DNA of 64,000 nucleotides, taken from Nitrospirales bacterium (GTDB taxonomy: Bacteria > Nitrospirota > Nitrospiria > Nitrospirales > UBA8639). Every line of letters begins with the position of its first letter. The first letter of the stretch is position 1. Positions 1 through 9,834 of the stretch are shown here, one piece after another. The position numbers and the translations under genes were made by a program. The stretch is taken from positions 2,432,001 to 2,496,000 of the forward strand of contig CBDBCZ010000019.1 of assembly GCA_965203295.1 (NCBI GenBank), read 5' to 3'. The notes beneath the pieces are model-generated. The model ran no database searches. It had not been told where the DNA came from and worked only from the letters and a program-made list of their open reading frames with translations.

Positions 1-1184
1 GGATTCAATGATTCTAACAAACCCGCAAGTTTTTGAAACTGTTGGCGTCTCATTGTCAAAGTTTTGGGAAGTTCTTGATGAAGCCGCCGTTGAAGCTGTG
101 GGACAAGCACTCGGATCTGTTGAATACGCTTCTGAGGACTATGCAGGTTAAGATTTCCCATCAAAGAAAAGAACGACGAGCGAAGAAATCTCGTTGACAC
201 ATTCATCACCATACAAAGACGGTGTTCTACCTCATCTAAACGTTGCATGCGACGTTGTACCCAAGCTCCTGGGCTGGGCACCCTTTGACTCGATCGGTGA
301 ATCTCTCGCTTTAAGAACGTGAGTTGGCTTCGCATGCTTCCCACAAGACGGCTTCTTTTTTCCAAGACTTTTCCTATAAGTTCTTCAAGGACTGGTGAAA
401 CGGCTTCGGCTGCAACAGATGGGGTCGGGGCACGATAATCGGCTGCAAAATCAGTCAACGTAAAATCGATTTCGTGACCCACTGCTGAAACAATCGGTAT
501 GGATGATTCGGCGATAGCCCGAACGACTACCTCTTCATTAAAACACCAAAGATCCTCCCATGATCCACCTCCCCGACCGACAATCATCACATCTACAAGA
601 CCTCGTTTATTGAGAATATAAATGGCTTCGGCAATGTGATCTGCAGCACCCTCTCCCTGAACCGGGACCGGATGGATTAGGATGTGAATAACGGGGCACC
701 GTCTTCTCAGCACTGTCATCATGTCATGAAGAGCAGCCCCTGACAGGGAGGTCACCAATCCAACTCTCTTGGGCAAAAATGGCAAGGGTTTTTTTCTACT
801 CGAATCGAAGAGACCTTCCTTTTCGAGTTTTTCTTTAAGTTGTTCAAAGGCTAACTGCAAAGCCCCGATGCCCTTGGGCTCAAGATATTCCAGAATGACT
901 TGATAATCTCCACGTGGTTCGTACACGCTTACACGGCCCCGGACGATGACCAAAAGCCCATCTTGAAGGGCAAATCGAAGCAGGTGCGCCACGTTCCTAA
1001 AAAGAACCGCACGAATTTGGGCATTGTTATCTTTCAGGGTAAAGTAAATATGACCTGAGGAAGGGAGGCGGAGGGTTGAGACTTCCCCTTCCACCCAAAC
1101 ATCTGAAAATTCTTGTTCGAGGGTATGCCTGACCCGAGTGGTCAGTTCCGAGACAGTGAGAACATGAAGAAGGGGCGAGGGCAC
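1..1184 (-). CDS. xseA: Exodeoxyribonuclease VII large subunit (3' end runs off window)
   Basis: Manual translation from GTG at 1184: MPSPLLHVLTVSELTTRVRHTLEQEFSDVWVEGEVSTLRLPSSGHIYFTLKD; the same frame reads ...LLESLNP at the window edge. Absent from the ORF track, consistent with no stop inside the window. Confidence 0.93.
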   Translation of the reverse strand, partial: MPSPLLHVLTVSELTTRVRHTLEQEFSDVWVEGEVSTLRLPSSGHIYFTLKDNNAQIRAVLFRNVAHLLRFALQDGLLVIVRGRVSVYEPRGDYQVILEYLEPKGIGALQLAFEQLKEKLEKEGLFDSSRKKPLPFLPKRVGLVTSLSGAALHDMMTVLRRRCPVIHILIHPVPVQGEGAADHIAEAIYILNKRGLVDVMIVGRGGGSWEDLWCFNEEVVVRAIAESSIPIVSAVGHEIDFTLTDFAADYRAPTPSVAAEAVSPVLEELIGKVLEKRSRLVGSMRSQLTFLKREIHRSSQRVPSPGAWVQRRMQRLDEVEHRLCMVMNVSTRFLRSSFFSLMGNLNLHSPQKRIQQIRVLVPQLQRRLHQELPKTLTMRRQQFQKLAGLLESLN

Positions 1185-1197
1185 AAAAAGATACCCC

Positions 1198-1977
1198 TTA
1201 TTCAAGCACCTGCATCCGCGTAATGTCAGTGGCCTTGCCCGTTGGCCAATCAATGTCAATGGCTACAGCACTCAAGACCGCAGCACCAGAAGCGACTTCA
1301 AAACGACAGGGCATTTGGGTCAGAAACTTTTGGATGACTAAATCCTTTTTAATCCCAATAACAGAATGTCTTGGTCCTGTCATGCCAATATCGGTAATGT
1401 AGGCTGTCCCATTTGGAAGAATTTGCTCGTCGGCTGTTTGAACGTGCGTATGTGTGCCGACTACCGCGGTCACTTCCCCATCAAGAAAATACCCCATGGC
1501 CATTTTCTCTGATGTGGTTTCCGCGTGCATATCCACCACGATGGCCTTGGTGAGCTTTCTCAACTTTTCCACTTCACGTTTGACGACTTGAAAGGGACAA
1601 TCCAGGGCAGGCATGAACGCCCGACCCATGACCTGAACGACTCCTAGTTTCTCACCTTTGAGGGTGGAAATGATATAGGCACCTGATCCAGGCGCTCCAT
1701 CAGGATAGTTGGCTGGCCGAAGCAGCCGAGGCTCTTTCTTGAAAAAAGGAATGATTTCCTTTTTGTCCCACGCGTGATTGCCTAACGTCACGGCCGAGAG
1801 ACCGACGTCAAATAAATCTCCTGCTATTTCCGGAGTGATACCGAATCCACCAGCAGCATTTTCTCCATTGCCTATGACGACATCCACCTGATGTTGCGTG
1901 ATGACTTGAGAAAGTTTGTTCAGGATCACACGACGTCCCGGTTCGCCCATGATATCGCCGATAAACAGTACTTTCAC
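1198..1977 (-). CDS. ymdB: YmdB-family metallophosphoesterase (TIGR00282-like)
   Basis: FIGDIMG, NGENAAGG, TLGNHAWD, DMHAETTSEK, GTHTHVQTAD motifs; directly downstream of rny. Confidence 0.92.
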   Translation of the reverse strand: MKVLFIGDIMGEPGRRVILNKLSQVITQHQVDVVIGNGENAAGGFGITPEIAGDLFDVGLSAVTLGNHAWDKKEIIPFFKKEPRLLRPANYPDGAPGSGAYIISTLKGEKLGVVQVMGRAFMPALDCPFQVVKREVEKLRKLTKAIVVDMHAETTSEKMAMGYFLDGEVTAVVGTHTHVQTADEQILPNGTAYITDIGMTGPRHSVIGIKKDLVIQKFLTQMPCRFEVASGAAVLSAVAIDIDWPTGKATDITRMQVLE

Positions 1978-1997
1978 AAATCACATGAACAGGGAAG

Positions 1998-3575
1998 TTA
2001 TTTGGCAAACTCCACGAACCGGTTTTCCCGAATGACCGTGACTTTAATTTGTCCAGGATAGGTCAATTCTTGTTCAATTTTCCTTGCCAATTCTCGAGAT
2101 AAATTGAATGTCTCGTTATCATTCATCTGCCCTTGACGGACGATGACACGGATTTCCCGACCAGCTTGAATGGCATAGGCCTTTTCAACTCCCTGGAACT
2201 CCATCGCCAGCGATTCAAGTTTCTCCAAGCGTTTCACATAAGCTTCAAGCGTTTCTCGGCGAGCCCCAGGCCTTGCCGCTGAAAGGGCCTCTGCTGCCGC
2301 AATCAACAGTGATTCCGGACAAATAGGTTCTACCTGCTCATGATGGGCAGCAATGGCGTTGACGATTTTCTCAGACTCACCATACCGCTTGGCCAGCTCG
2401 GCTCCTAAGAGGGCATGGGTCCCTTCTTCCTCCTGACTGACTACCTTTCCAATGTCATGCAACAAAGCCCCTCGTTTGGCCAATTTCACATCAAGACCCA
2501 ATTCTACCGCCATAATTCCACAGATATAGGCTGCTTCTCGGGCGTGGTAGAGATTGTTCTGTCCATAACTGGTTCGATATTTGAGACGTCCGAGCAGTTT
2601 GATAATTTCCGGGTGAAAATCCGAAAGGCCCACTTCAAAAATAACCTTTTCGGCATCTTCATACATAAGCTTATCCAGATCGCTCTTGACCTTTTCTACC
2701 ACTTCTTCAATACGGGTGGGATGGATGCGTCCGTCATGCATCAAACGCTCCAATGCCACTTTCGCAATCTCTCGGCGCAAAGGATCAAATCCAGACACAA
2801 TGACGGCTTCCGGTGTTTCATCCACGATCAAATCCACTCCCGTGGCCGCTTCAAGAGCTCGGATGTTTCGCCCTTCCCTTCCGATAATACGACCCTTCAT
2901 CCCATCGCTAGCCAGAGGAACCACAGAAATTGTGGTTTCATTGACGTAATCCCGAGTGATCCGTTGGATAGAGCGGGCCACGACTTCTCGAGCTTCTCGC
3001 TCCGCATGTTCACGAGCCTCGTCAAGGATGCGCTTGCTTAACCCGATGGACTCCATCCGAACTTCAGTTTCTATTTCAGTTAAGAGTTGTTTCTTGGCTT
3101 CCTCAACGGTAACCCCAGCAATTCGTTCCAACGCCTCTCGATGTAACTTCACGGCCTGCTCACACTCCGCTTCTTTCTTCACAACCTCCTGTTCACGCTG
3201 ACTTAATACCTTCTCGCGTTTTTTGGTTTCTTCTTCACGACGGTCCCATCCAGCTATTTTCTGGTCTATGGCTTCCTTCTTTTGGTTGAGCCGATTTTCA
3301 ATCATACTCAATTCAGAACGTTTTTCTTGTTCTCTTTTGTTAAGCTCTGCCTTTGTTTGCAACAAGTGATCTTTGGCCTCTAGCTTGGCCTCTTTGACAA
3401 GATTTTCAGCCTCCCGTTGAGCCGTTTGAGATATTTGTCGACAATGGTCTTCAGCTTCACGTCGCTGGTCCCTCAATTGATTGCGTTGAAAGACATTGTG
3501 CAACACAACCCCTAAGAGCCCACACAGAATTCCAACTATAGTGGAGATCACGATGGTGTGCAGCATAGTAGCCAC
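1998..3575 (-). CDS. rny: Ribonuclease Y
   Basis: N-terminal TM, coiled coil, KH motif (KGRIIGREGRNIR), HD domain (LLHDIGK), C-terminal YPGQIKVTVIRE. Confidence 0.96.
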   Translation of the reverse strand: MATMLHTIVISTIVGILCGLLGVVLHNVFQRNQLRDQRREAEDHCRQISQTAQREAENLVKEAKLEAKDHLLQTKAELNKREQEKRSELSMIENRLNQKKEAIDQKIAGWDRREEETKKREKVLSQREQEVVKKEAECEQAVKLHREALERIAGVTVEEAKKQLLTEIETEVRMESIGLSKRILDEAREHAEREAREVVARSIQRITRDYVNETTISVVPLASDGMKGRIIGREGRNIRALEAATGVDLIVDETPEAVIVSGFDPLRREIAKVALERLMHDGRIHPTRIEEVVEKVKSDLDKLMYEDAEKVIFEVGLSDFHPEIIKLLGRLKYRTSYGQNNLYHAREAAYICGIMAVELGLDVKLAKRGALLHDIGKVVSQEEEGTHALLGAELAKRYGESEKIVNAIAAHHEQVEPICPESLLIAAAEALSAARPGARRETLEAYVKRLEKLESLAMEFQGVEKAYAIQAGREIRVIVRQGQMNDNETFNLSRELARKIEQELTYPGQIKVTVIRENRFVEFAK

Positions 3576-4152
3576 CCCCTTCTCTAATTATCTCGAATAG
3601 GGGAAGGTATGACTTTCAAAATCGAGAAAGCAGATCCCTTCGAGATAAACAATATATGAATGGAATGGGGTTGAGGGAGAATTGAGAGATTCGGAAAAGA
3701 CGAAAGAGGAAAAACCTTTAACCGGTCGAGGAAAAACAGTTTAAGGATATTGGTAGAAGACTGGGAAAAACTTCAATCCACGGATGCGATGTTGGGAGGC
3801 TATCTTCTTCCTCAAGATTCCTTACCTTACTTTCTACCTCTTTAAGAAAATGGGGAAGCGCTATTTTAGAAAATCCTTATCATTAGCACTTTTCTAAAGA
3901 GTCTGCTGTTCCCCTCATTAAAAACACCTTCAACGCCTTGCCTTGGTCTTCAAAATAATCCAACAGTTTCCTTTCAAAAAACACCTACTTCTCATCAGAT
4001 CCAGAATAGCTGAACAAGTTTCCAGCTATGAGCAATTCTTTTTGGCACCACATTCCATTTTTTCCAAATACTTAACCTCCGATAAAAAGTCGGATTTTAC
4101 CTTAATAACAAGCGTAACAGAGAGTCTCATTGAATTCAAGTATGGCCTTCCA

Positions 4153-4434
4153 TCAAACCTTTAACTGTTCATCAATCGACTCTAGTATCCCCAATGTACG
4201 ACGTTCAATTTCTGCATCTCCTTGACGACGCCGTTTCTCATGCTGAAACAACTGATCCGCGATATTGATGGCAGCAAGAATGGCGGCTTTCGTGGGTGTC
4301 ATGGTGTTGCTCCCCTGTGCAACGGTTTCCATTTGGCCTTCAACGTACTGGACCAATTCCTTCACGTAGGCTTCCTCAGCCTCACCTTGGATCACCAACC
4401 GCTGCCCGTAGATCTCTACCTCAATTCCTTTCAT
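4153..4434 (-). CDS. zapA: Cell division protein ZapA
   Basis: VEIYGQ...AILAAINIADQL; zapB-zapA-rny synteny. Confidence 0.9.
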   Translation of the reverse strand: MKGIEVEIYGQRLVIQGEAEEAYVKELVQYVEGQMETVAQGSNTMTPTKAAILAAINIADQLFQHEKRRRQGDAEIERRTLGILESIDEQLKV

Positions 4435-4684
4435 CGTGAATCACCACTGAATGCCCATTCTGGCTTTCTAGAAATTCCAATTCACCTAACACCTTTTCTA
4501 TGCGGTGCCTAATATTGGATCGTTCTTCTTCCCAACTTTGCGAAAGGTCTTCTTGCTTAACCAACCGGTTCCGCAGCACCTGAAGTTCTTCTTCCAAGAC
4601 GGCTTTATCATGTTTTAACGCCTGAACGAGGCCCACCAACTTCCGAACTTGAGCCTCCAATGCTTCTAGTTTCTCCAAGATCAT
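4421..4684 (-). CDS. zapB: Cell division protein ZapB-like coiled coil
   Basis: Short all-coiled-coil protein ending ERSNIRHRIEKVLGEL; overlaps the zapA start. Confidence 0.75.
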   Translation of the reverse strand: MILEKLEALEAQVRKLVGLVQALKHDKAVLEEELQVLRNRLVKQEDLSQSWEEERSNIRHRIEKVLGELEFLESQNGHSVVIHDERN

Positions 4685-4716
4685 ACCCCTCTCCTCACTT
4701 TTCTCAGAATGGTCAG

Positions 4717-4745
4717 ACTATAAGAGCTTTAACAAACTCTGTCAA
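4717..4745 (-). promoter_or_regulatory. Sigma70-type promoter for zapB-zapA
   Basis: Minus strand TTGACA-17 bp-TATAGT upstream of zapB. Confidence 0.65.
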
Positions 4746-4749
4746 GAAT

Positions 4750-6942
4750 CTATCCACTATATGTGGTGGATGTTAACCTATGGTATGTACGATAGCTAGT
4801 GAAAACTCGCTTCACATAACGTCTCGTTTCTCTGTAGGAAATGAGTTCCACAAATTCGTCGGTTTCCGAATTTCCAAACCGAGAGATCCACCCATGAACA
4901 GCCTGTGGGCCCGCATTATAGGCCGCCACGGCATGAACCATATCATCTTCGAACTGATCGAGTAATTGTTGAAGGTATAGGGTTCCCAACCGAATGTTGG
5001 TATCACCGACCTTCAGGGCTTCCTTTTCAATTCTTGGCAAACCGAACTCCCGAGCAACCCGCTTAGCGGTCTTGGGCATCAACTGCATAAGCCCGACTGC
5101 CCCGACTGGGGAAAGGGCCTCTGTGTCGTATAAACTCTCCTCGCGAATGAGGGCAGAAACGAGAAAGGGATCTAATTTCTTTCCCGCGTAAGCCTGAATG
5201 ATAGAAAGATACCCAGTGGGATAGGCAATCAGATTTAAGCCTGGATAGACATCGAACTGCCCCCTATCGATCTGATCTTCAAAGTAACGTTGCGCCAAAG
5301 CTAATGCGTCGGAATACGCTCTGGCTTGATTGAGAAGAACCAAAGTTCTGGATACAACTTTGGGGTTAGAACGGAAATGTTTTACCGTGGCCAACAGCTC
5401 ATTCTTTGCTTCTTCGTATAAGCGGAGCTCTATTAATTGATGGGCTTTCTGGACATGAAGATTTCTGGTCAAGGCTGGCAAATTTTCTGTTGTCGGAGGG
5501 AAAAACCGTTTACGCGACTGCGGCAGATGACTAAAGGAATCATCCTCTTGAAAACGTAGCCGGCTAAGCTGCCCATAATACGTCCCTGGAAATTCTTGGG
5601 CCAAACGAGCATAGAGGGTTTGGGCTGCATCCTTCTTTCCACTGTTCTCAAGAGCCCGAGCACCCCAATATCGTGCCCGTAGTATGACTGATCGAATACC
5701 CGCGGCAGCATCCAATTTTTTAAAGGTGGCGACCGCACTTTCATAGTCTTGACTGCGATAGGCCATCCACCCGATTCGCCACAGCGCATCACGACCAGCT
5801 GATGAAGACCCAGCAATCTGTGCCGCCTCACGGTAGCTTGCTCGTGCCTCTTCCATTCGTCCTTGGTCTTCTAACCAAAGTCCTCCCATCCACACAATTT
5901 TGGCTTTTCGAGAAGGAGAAAGACGTGCAAAGGTTTCCTTGTTTCTCACACTCAACAATTCCTTCCCTCTATCCTGGCGAAGGTAGGACTTCGCCAACCA
6001 AACCCCTGCTTTGCCAGCGTTGGCATCCCCTTGTTTGAGTAATTCTTCAAACAAAGGGGCAGCATGGTCATACTGCTTCAGACGCACATGCGCCATTCCC
6101 AGATCAAACTTTGCGTCAGACTGCAAACTTCCGGTAAGACCATGCGAAAGAAGGTACTGGAAATCAGCGATGGCCTCTGGGAAAAGAGCCAACCGGTAAA
6201 ACCGACGGGCCCGTTTATATCGAACCTTCACAGAAGCAACCCATTGTCCCTTCTTGAGTTGCATCGCATCTAAACGATCTTGTGCAGTACTGGCCTCAGG
6301 GGTATCGGGGAATCGCCACCAGACTTCTTCAAGAGCCTCACGTGATCTGCTTGTCTGTCCCAATTGAAGAGCACAATTTGCCAATTCCAAGAGATCGCTG
6401 GGAGCAGATGGATCATCTGGTTCCTCAGAAATTCCCGAATGCAGAAAGTCTACGGCAGGTCCGCATTCTCCTAGGTTAGACCAAGCTCGACCGGCTTGAA
6501 GAGAGGCCTCTGTTGCCAATACGGATTGCGGGAACTGTTCAACAAAGAACTGAAAGGTTTCTGCAGCTTGACGCATTTGCCATGCCTTCAGCAAAGCTCC
6601 ACCCATCCAAAAGTGAAAATAGTCGTCTAAGACCGGAAAATCCCGCGGCCCAGTTTGGAAATATGGCAAAGCGGCAGAGGGATCTTCCATGAGCAACAAC
6701 AGACCAACGTGCACTCCTGCTCGTTTTCCCCATAATGACGTTGGATCTGTTTGATGAATAGAACGAAAGCGCTTCAATTGATCGGAAATTAACTCGGGGT
6801 TGTTTTCTTGAAAAGACTGCGCCTCTCGAAAACATTCCTCCCCTGTTGTACAAACTTCTTGAGAAACATGGGACTCAGACAAAGACTGAACCCCAGTCAA
6901 TAGTATTCCCATTAAGATCCCGCTTACGCTTACTAATCGCAT
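4750..6942 (-). CDS. slt: Soluble lytic murein transglycosylase with TPR repeats
   Basis: Signal peptide, TPR-like repeats, SLT motifs IREES, GAVGLMQLMPKTA, AAYNAG, ETRRYVKRV. Confidence 0.88.
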   Translation of the reverse strand: MRLVSVSGILMGILLTGVQSLSESHVSQEVCTTGEECFREAQSFQENNPELISDQLKRFRSIHQTDPTSLWGKRAGVHVGLLLLMEDPSAALPYFQTGPRDFPVLDDYFHFWMGGALLKAWQMRQAAETFQFFVEQFPQSVLATEASLQAGRAWSNLGECGPAVDFLHSGISEEPDDPSAPSDLLELANCALQLGQTSRSREALEEVWWRFPDTPEASTAQDRLDAMQLKKGQWVASVKVRYKRARRFYRLALFPEAIADFQYLLSHGLTGSLQSDAKFDLGMAHVRLKQYDHAAPLFEELLKQGDANAGKAGVWLAKSYLRQDRGKELLSVRNKETFARLSPSRKAKIVWMGGLWLEDQGRMEEARASYREAAQIAGSSSAGRDALWRIGWMAYRSQDYESAVATFKKLDAAAGIRSVILRARYWGARALENSGKKDAAQTLYARLAQEFPGTYYGQLSRLRFQEDDSFSHLPQSRKRFFPPTTENLPALTRNLHVQKAHQLIELRLYEEAKNELLATVKHFRSNPKVVSRTLVLLNQARAYSDALALAQRYFEDQIDRGQFDVYPGLNLIAYPTGYLSIIQAYAGKKLDPFLVSALIREESLYDTEALSPVGAVGLMQLMPKTAKRVAREFGLPRIEKEALKVGDTNIRLGTLYLQQLLDQFEDDMVHAVAAYNAGPQAVHGWISRFGNSETDEFVELISYRETRRYVKRVFTSYRTYHRLTSTTYSG

Positions 6943-7129
6943 AGGAGAGTCATTTCTTCGATTAGCGGACTTTTAAAAAAGATGGAGCATGAAGGAAAAA
7001 ACTCAAATTAAAATGTTAAGATCCAGCCGACTTGGCCCTATCGGCTATTATGCTTATTGTACATTCAAGATTCGATATTGTTAATGAGATATGAAGTTCA
7101 AAAGTTTCGTTCTAGAGTTCGGCTTTTAC

Positions 7130-7296
7130 TCTCCTTCGCCAGAATGCCCCACCCAGAAGGGTGGGGTTGAATGACCAAGAGAGCCCTCCGAAGCCTTGTC
7201 GCCGACGCTCGCGACGGAGCCGCGAAGGGGGGCTGATCGCTACGGAGAGTTTCGCAATAAAGAAGAAGCCCCGCACGGGAGCGCGGGGAGCTTCAC
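7130..7296 (+). mobile_element. Non-autonomous IS200/IS605-type miniature element (two subterminal hairpins, no ORF)
   Basis: TTAC at 7126-7129 precedes it; AATG + hairpin CCCCACCC-AGAA-GGGTGGGG (7147-7166); GAAG + hairpin CCCCGCAC-GGGA-GCGCGGGG (7269-7288); ends in TCAC at 7293-7296. Confidence 0.65.
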
Positions 7297-7442
7297 CTGG
7301 GCGTACAGATTCGAGAGGGAAGAATTCAGGTAGCATTGAAGCGTAACCAATCACGCCTGAATGCCATCAGAATTCACCGTCTCCCACATTCATTTGTGGG
7401 TTTATGTGTCGCGGGCATTACTATGTAAGAGAGGAGTGGACT

Positions 7443-9755
7443 CTAAAGCGCGTTGCCGTGCATACGCGCGAAGAGTTCCCAATCGAAAGGCTTGGGTGTC
7501 AGCGCATGAAGAGGAATCGTCTCAATACGTCCTTGATCCTGGTAGGCCAACATGCATCCGACAACTTGTTGAGGCTGCTCAACCAGGCGTCTGATGCTTT
7601 CGTAGGCGAGATGTTGAGCCATGGCCTTATCCGTCGGTGTCGGAGCAGCCCCTCGTAAAGTATGACCCAAAATGGTCGCTTTCGTAGCCGCGGACAGTGG
7701 GTAGTGTCCGGTTTTCCTGTGGAGGTGAGACCACTGGGCAATTCTCTGAGCCACATATTCAGTCAGGCCATGGACTCCACCTTCCCGATGGTGCCGGTGA
7801 GGGGTCTGTTCTGCCACGATAAAAATATGGCTTTTGTTCGGGACTCCCAAAGTTTGCTGTAAATTTCCGAGGATAACATCTTCGATGTAGTTATCCGGAT
7901 CAGGATGTTCGTTGACTAAAAGTCCTTCAGCTCGTGCCTGGTAGGCACAGGTCAACGCCAGATGCCCCGATCCGGCCCCCATCACTTCGACGAAAAACAC
8001 GCTTCCCATCGCAGCACTCGTGGCTTTGAGCGACTCGATCGATTGATTGGCTAGAGCGACCGCCGAATGGAGTCCAAGCGAGGTTGTCCCAGCAATGTTG
8101 TCGTCAATTGAGCCAGGAATTCCTACAACTTGGACACCAAACCGTTCATAAATGGCACGGGCACCTCGAAGGCTTCCATCTCTTCCAATGACCACCAAGG
8201 CACCATCTTGGAGGTAAGGCTTGAGGTGGTGAATTGCCGCTTGTTGGACCTCTTCATCTTTGAAATCTTCAAATCGGCTGCTTCCAATGGGACTACTCGC
8301 ATGATTGCTCATCCCTCGAGTCCCTTGCTCAGAAACAGGTTCAATCCAATTATTGGCCAGGCCGAGAAAGCCGTGTTGAACAAAATACACCTCGATGCCC
8401 AGACGATTTCCAGTGACACGAAGTTCTTTTAAGGCCGCCCCAGCCCCACCAAAATCACCGCCCGATACCAGGGCCACGATCCGACGAATTTGACCAAGGT
8501 TAAGGGTCACGCGGGCTTGACGATCATCTTCCACAGTGACCCACGCTTTCCGTTCTGCCTTTTCACGCTCTGAAAGCCCTACGGCCTTGGAATACCCCGA
8601 CAATTGTCCATGCTCGAAGGTTAAGAGGACCACATTATCTTGCCCCTCTTTGTATTCCCAAAATTCAGCAAAGGCTTCAGGGAAGGGTCGTGGGTCCAAA
8701 TAAGTGATCAAGGCCCGCAACGAGAAACTATGGGTGTAGAGACAGAGGACCTTCCCTTGGTGCGTCGCTCCCAATTTATGTAACCTATCGATAACATCGA
8801 TATAGAGTTCGAAGAACGAGTGACCCCAAGGATAACTGGAGAGGGGGTGTTTAATGAGTCGCTTAGCCAAGTTAGCTTCTAAACCAAAAGCCTTGGCAGC
8901 TTCCTCGATTTCTGTGGATTTTTCGATCCCTGTAGCCCATCCAAAATCCTGGGACTGCAAAGCACACTCAACCGTGGGTTCGGTATCCTTGGTGGACTCT
9001 GGCGCGATTGCAGCAACGACCCGTTCGAAGAGCTCTCGAGTGTTCGGACTTTGACTGACCAAATGAATAAAGGTGTGAGGGTCAAGGTAATTATGTAAAT
9101 GAAGGTAATCTAACTGATGCCCCACGACTCCCAACATTCGAGCCAGTCCGAGACCAATCGCATCGGCCTTAGGAATTCCGCGTTCGGGATCCAGGCGATT
9201 CGCGAACGGGCATCCCATTCGATGCGTCTTACTTTCCATTTGAGAAATACCATGACGCATGGTGAACAAAAGAGTCCGATTCGTCAGATCACGAGGCATC
9301 AGCCAAAAACGATCCTCCCTCAGACCGATGACTGTTCGACTGTCGGTGAGATGTGCGGTGAGATGCTGGCGAGGCACGATGACCTCTAGACGACGGCGCG
9401 TTGGTTTCTGAACAGCACCGATGGAGGCTCGGAATAACTGGGAAAGCTCTCCTCGAGCAACGAGCTGATTCCACGCCGCGAAAAATAGGAGTTCGTCCCC
9501 CCCACATTCCTCTCGAATGAGCGTACTGCGGGCACTTCGATATGTTTCTGCATCAGGAAACCCGGTTTGAGCTCGTTGAACAAAAGCCTTGATTGCTTCT
9601 GTCACCTTAGGCACTTGATGCAATCGATTCGGGTTAGCTATGGGAAGAGCCATCTTTTCCGACCCATCCACATGCGTTCGTTGAGCAAGGGCTTCTCCAT
9701 ACGCCAAAAGCCCTTTGCCCGTCACAAAATCGAGCGTTTCTCTATCAGAATTCAT
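7443..9755 (-). CDS. Fusion of a histidine-phosphatase-like domain and 6-phosphofructokinase (PfkA fold)
   Basis: RHG motif (TMRHGISQ) and YTHS in the middle part; C-terminal SGGD, IGRDGS, PGSIDDNI, VEVMG, LGHTLRG. Confidence 0.82.
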   Translation of the reverse strand: MNSDRETLDFVTGKGLLAYGEALAQRTHVDGSEKMALPIANPNRLHQVPKVTEAIKAFVQRAQTGFPDAETYRSARSTLIREECGGDELLFFAAWNQLVARGELSQLFRASIGAVQKPTRRRLEVIVPRQHLTAHLTDSRTVIGLREDRFWLMPRDLTNRTLLFTMRHGISQMESKTHRMGCPFANRLDPERGIPKADAIGLGLARMLGVVGHQLDYLHLHNYLDPHTFIHLVSQSPNTRELFERVVAAIAPESTKDTEPTVECALQSQDFGWATGIEKSTEIEEAAKAFGLEANLAKRLIKHPLSSYPWGHSFFELYIDVIDRLHKLGATHQGKVLCLYTHSFSLRALITYLDPRPFPEAFAEFWEYKEGQDNVVLLTFEHGQLSGYSKAVGLSEREKAERKAWVTVEDDRQARVTLNLGQIRRIVALVSGGDFGGAGAALKELRVTGNRLGIEVYFVQHGFLGLANNWIEPVSEQGTRGMSNHASSPIGSSRFEDFKDEEVQQAAIHHLKPYLQDGALVVIGRDGSLRGARAIYERFGVQVVGIPGSIDDNIAGTTSLGLHSAVALANQSIESLKATSAAMGSVFFVEVMGAGSGHLALTCAYQARAEGLLVNEHPDPDNYIEDVILGNLQQTLGVPNKSHIFIVAEQTPHRHHREGGVHGLTEYVAQRIAQWSHLHRKTGHYPLSAATKATILGHTLRGAAPTPTDKAMAQHLAYESIRRLVEQPQQVVGCMLAYQDQGRIETIPLHALTPKPFDWELFARMHGNAL

Positions 9756-9834
9756 ATCTCATCTTTTCGATTCATATGATTAAGACGTGCACTTCATTGG
9801 CTTCGAACATTGAATTCAACCTTTTTTCATGTCG

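Noticed and set aside
2415..3201. Antisense ORFs over rny, and similar shadow ORFs over slt, leuS, nuo genes and priA
   Set aside because: They lie within well-supported genes, on the opposite strand or in alternate frames, and show no recognisable motifs
3576..4152. 6S RNA call by synteny; ORF 3943-4164
   Set aside because: No 6S-like closing stem and central bubble recognised; the ORF has no motif or RBS
7112..7354. Small ORFs on both strands (80 aa and 61 aa)
   Set aside because: Better explained as by-products of the GC-rich palindromic element
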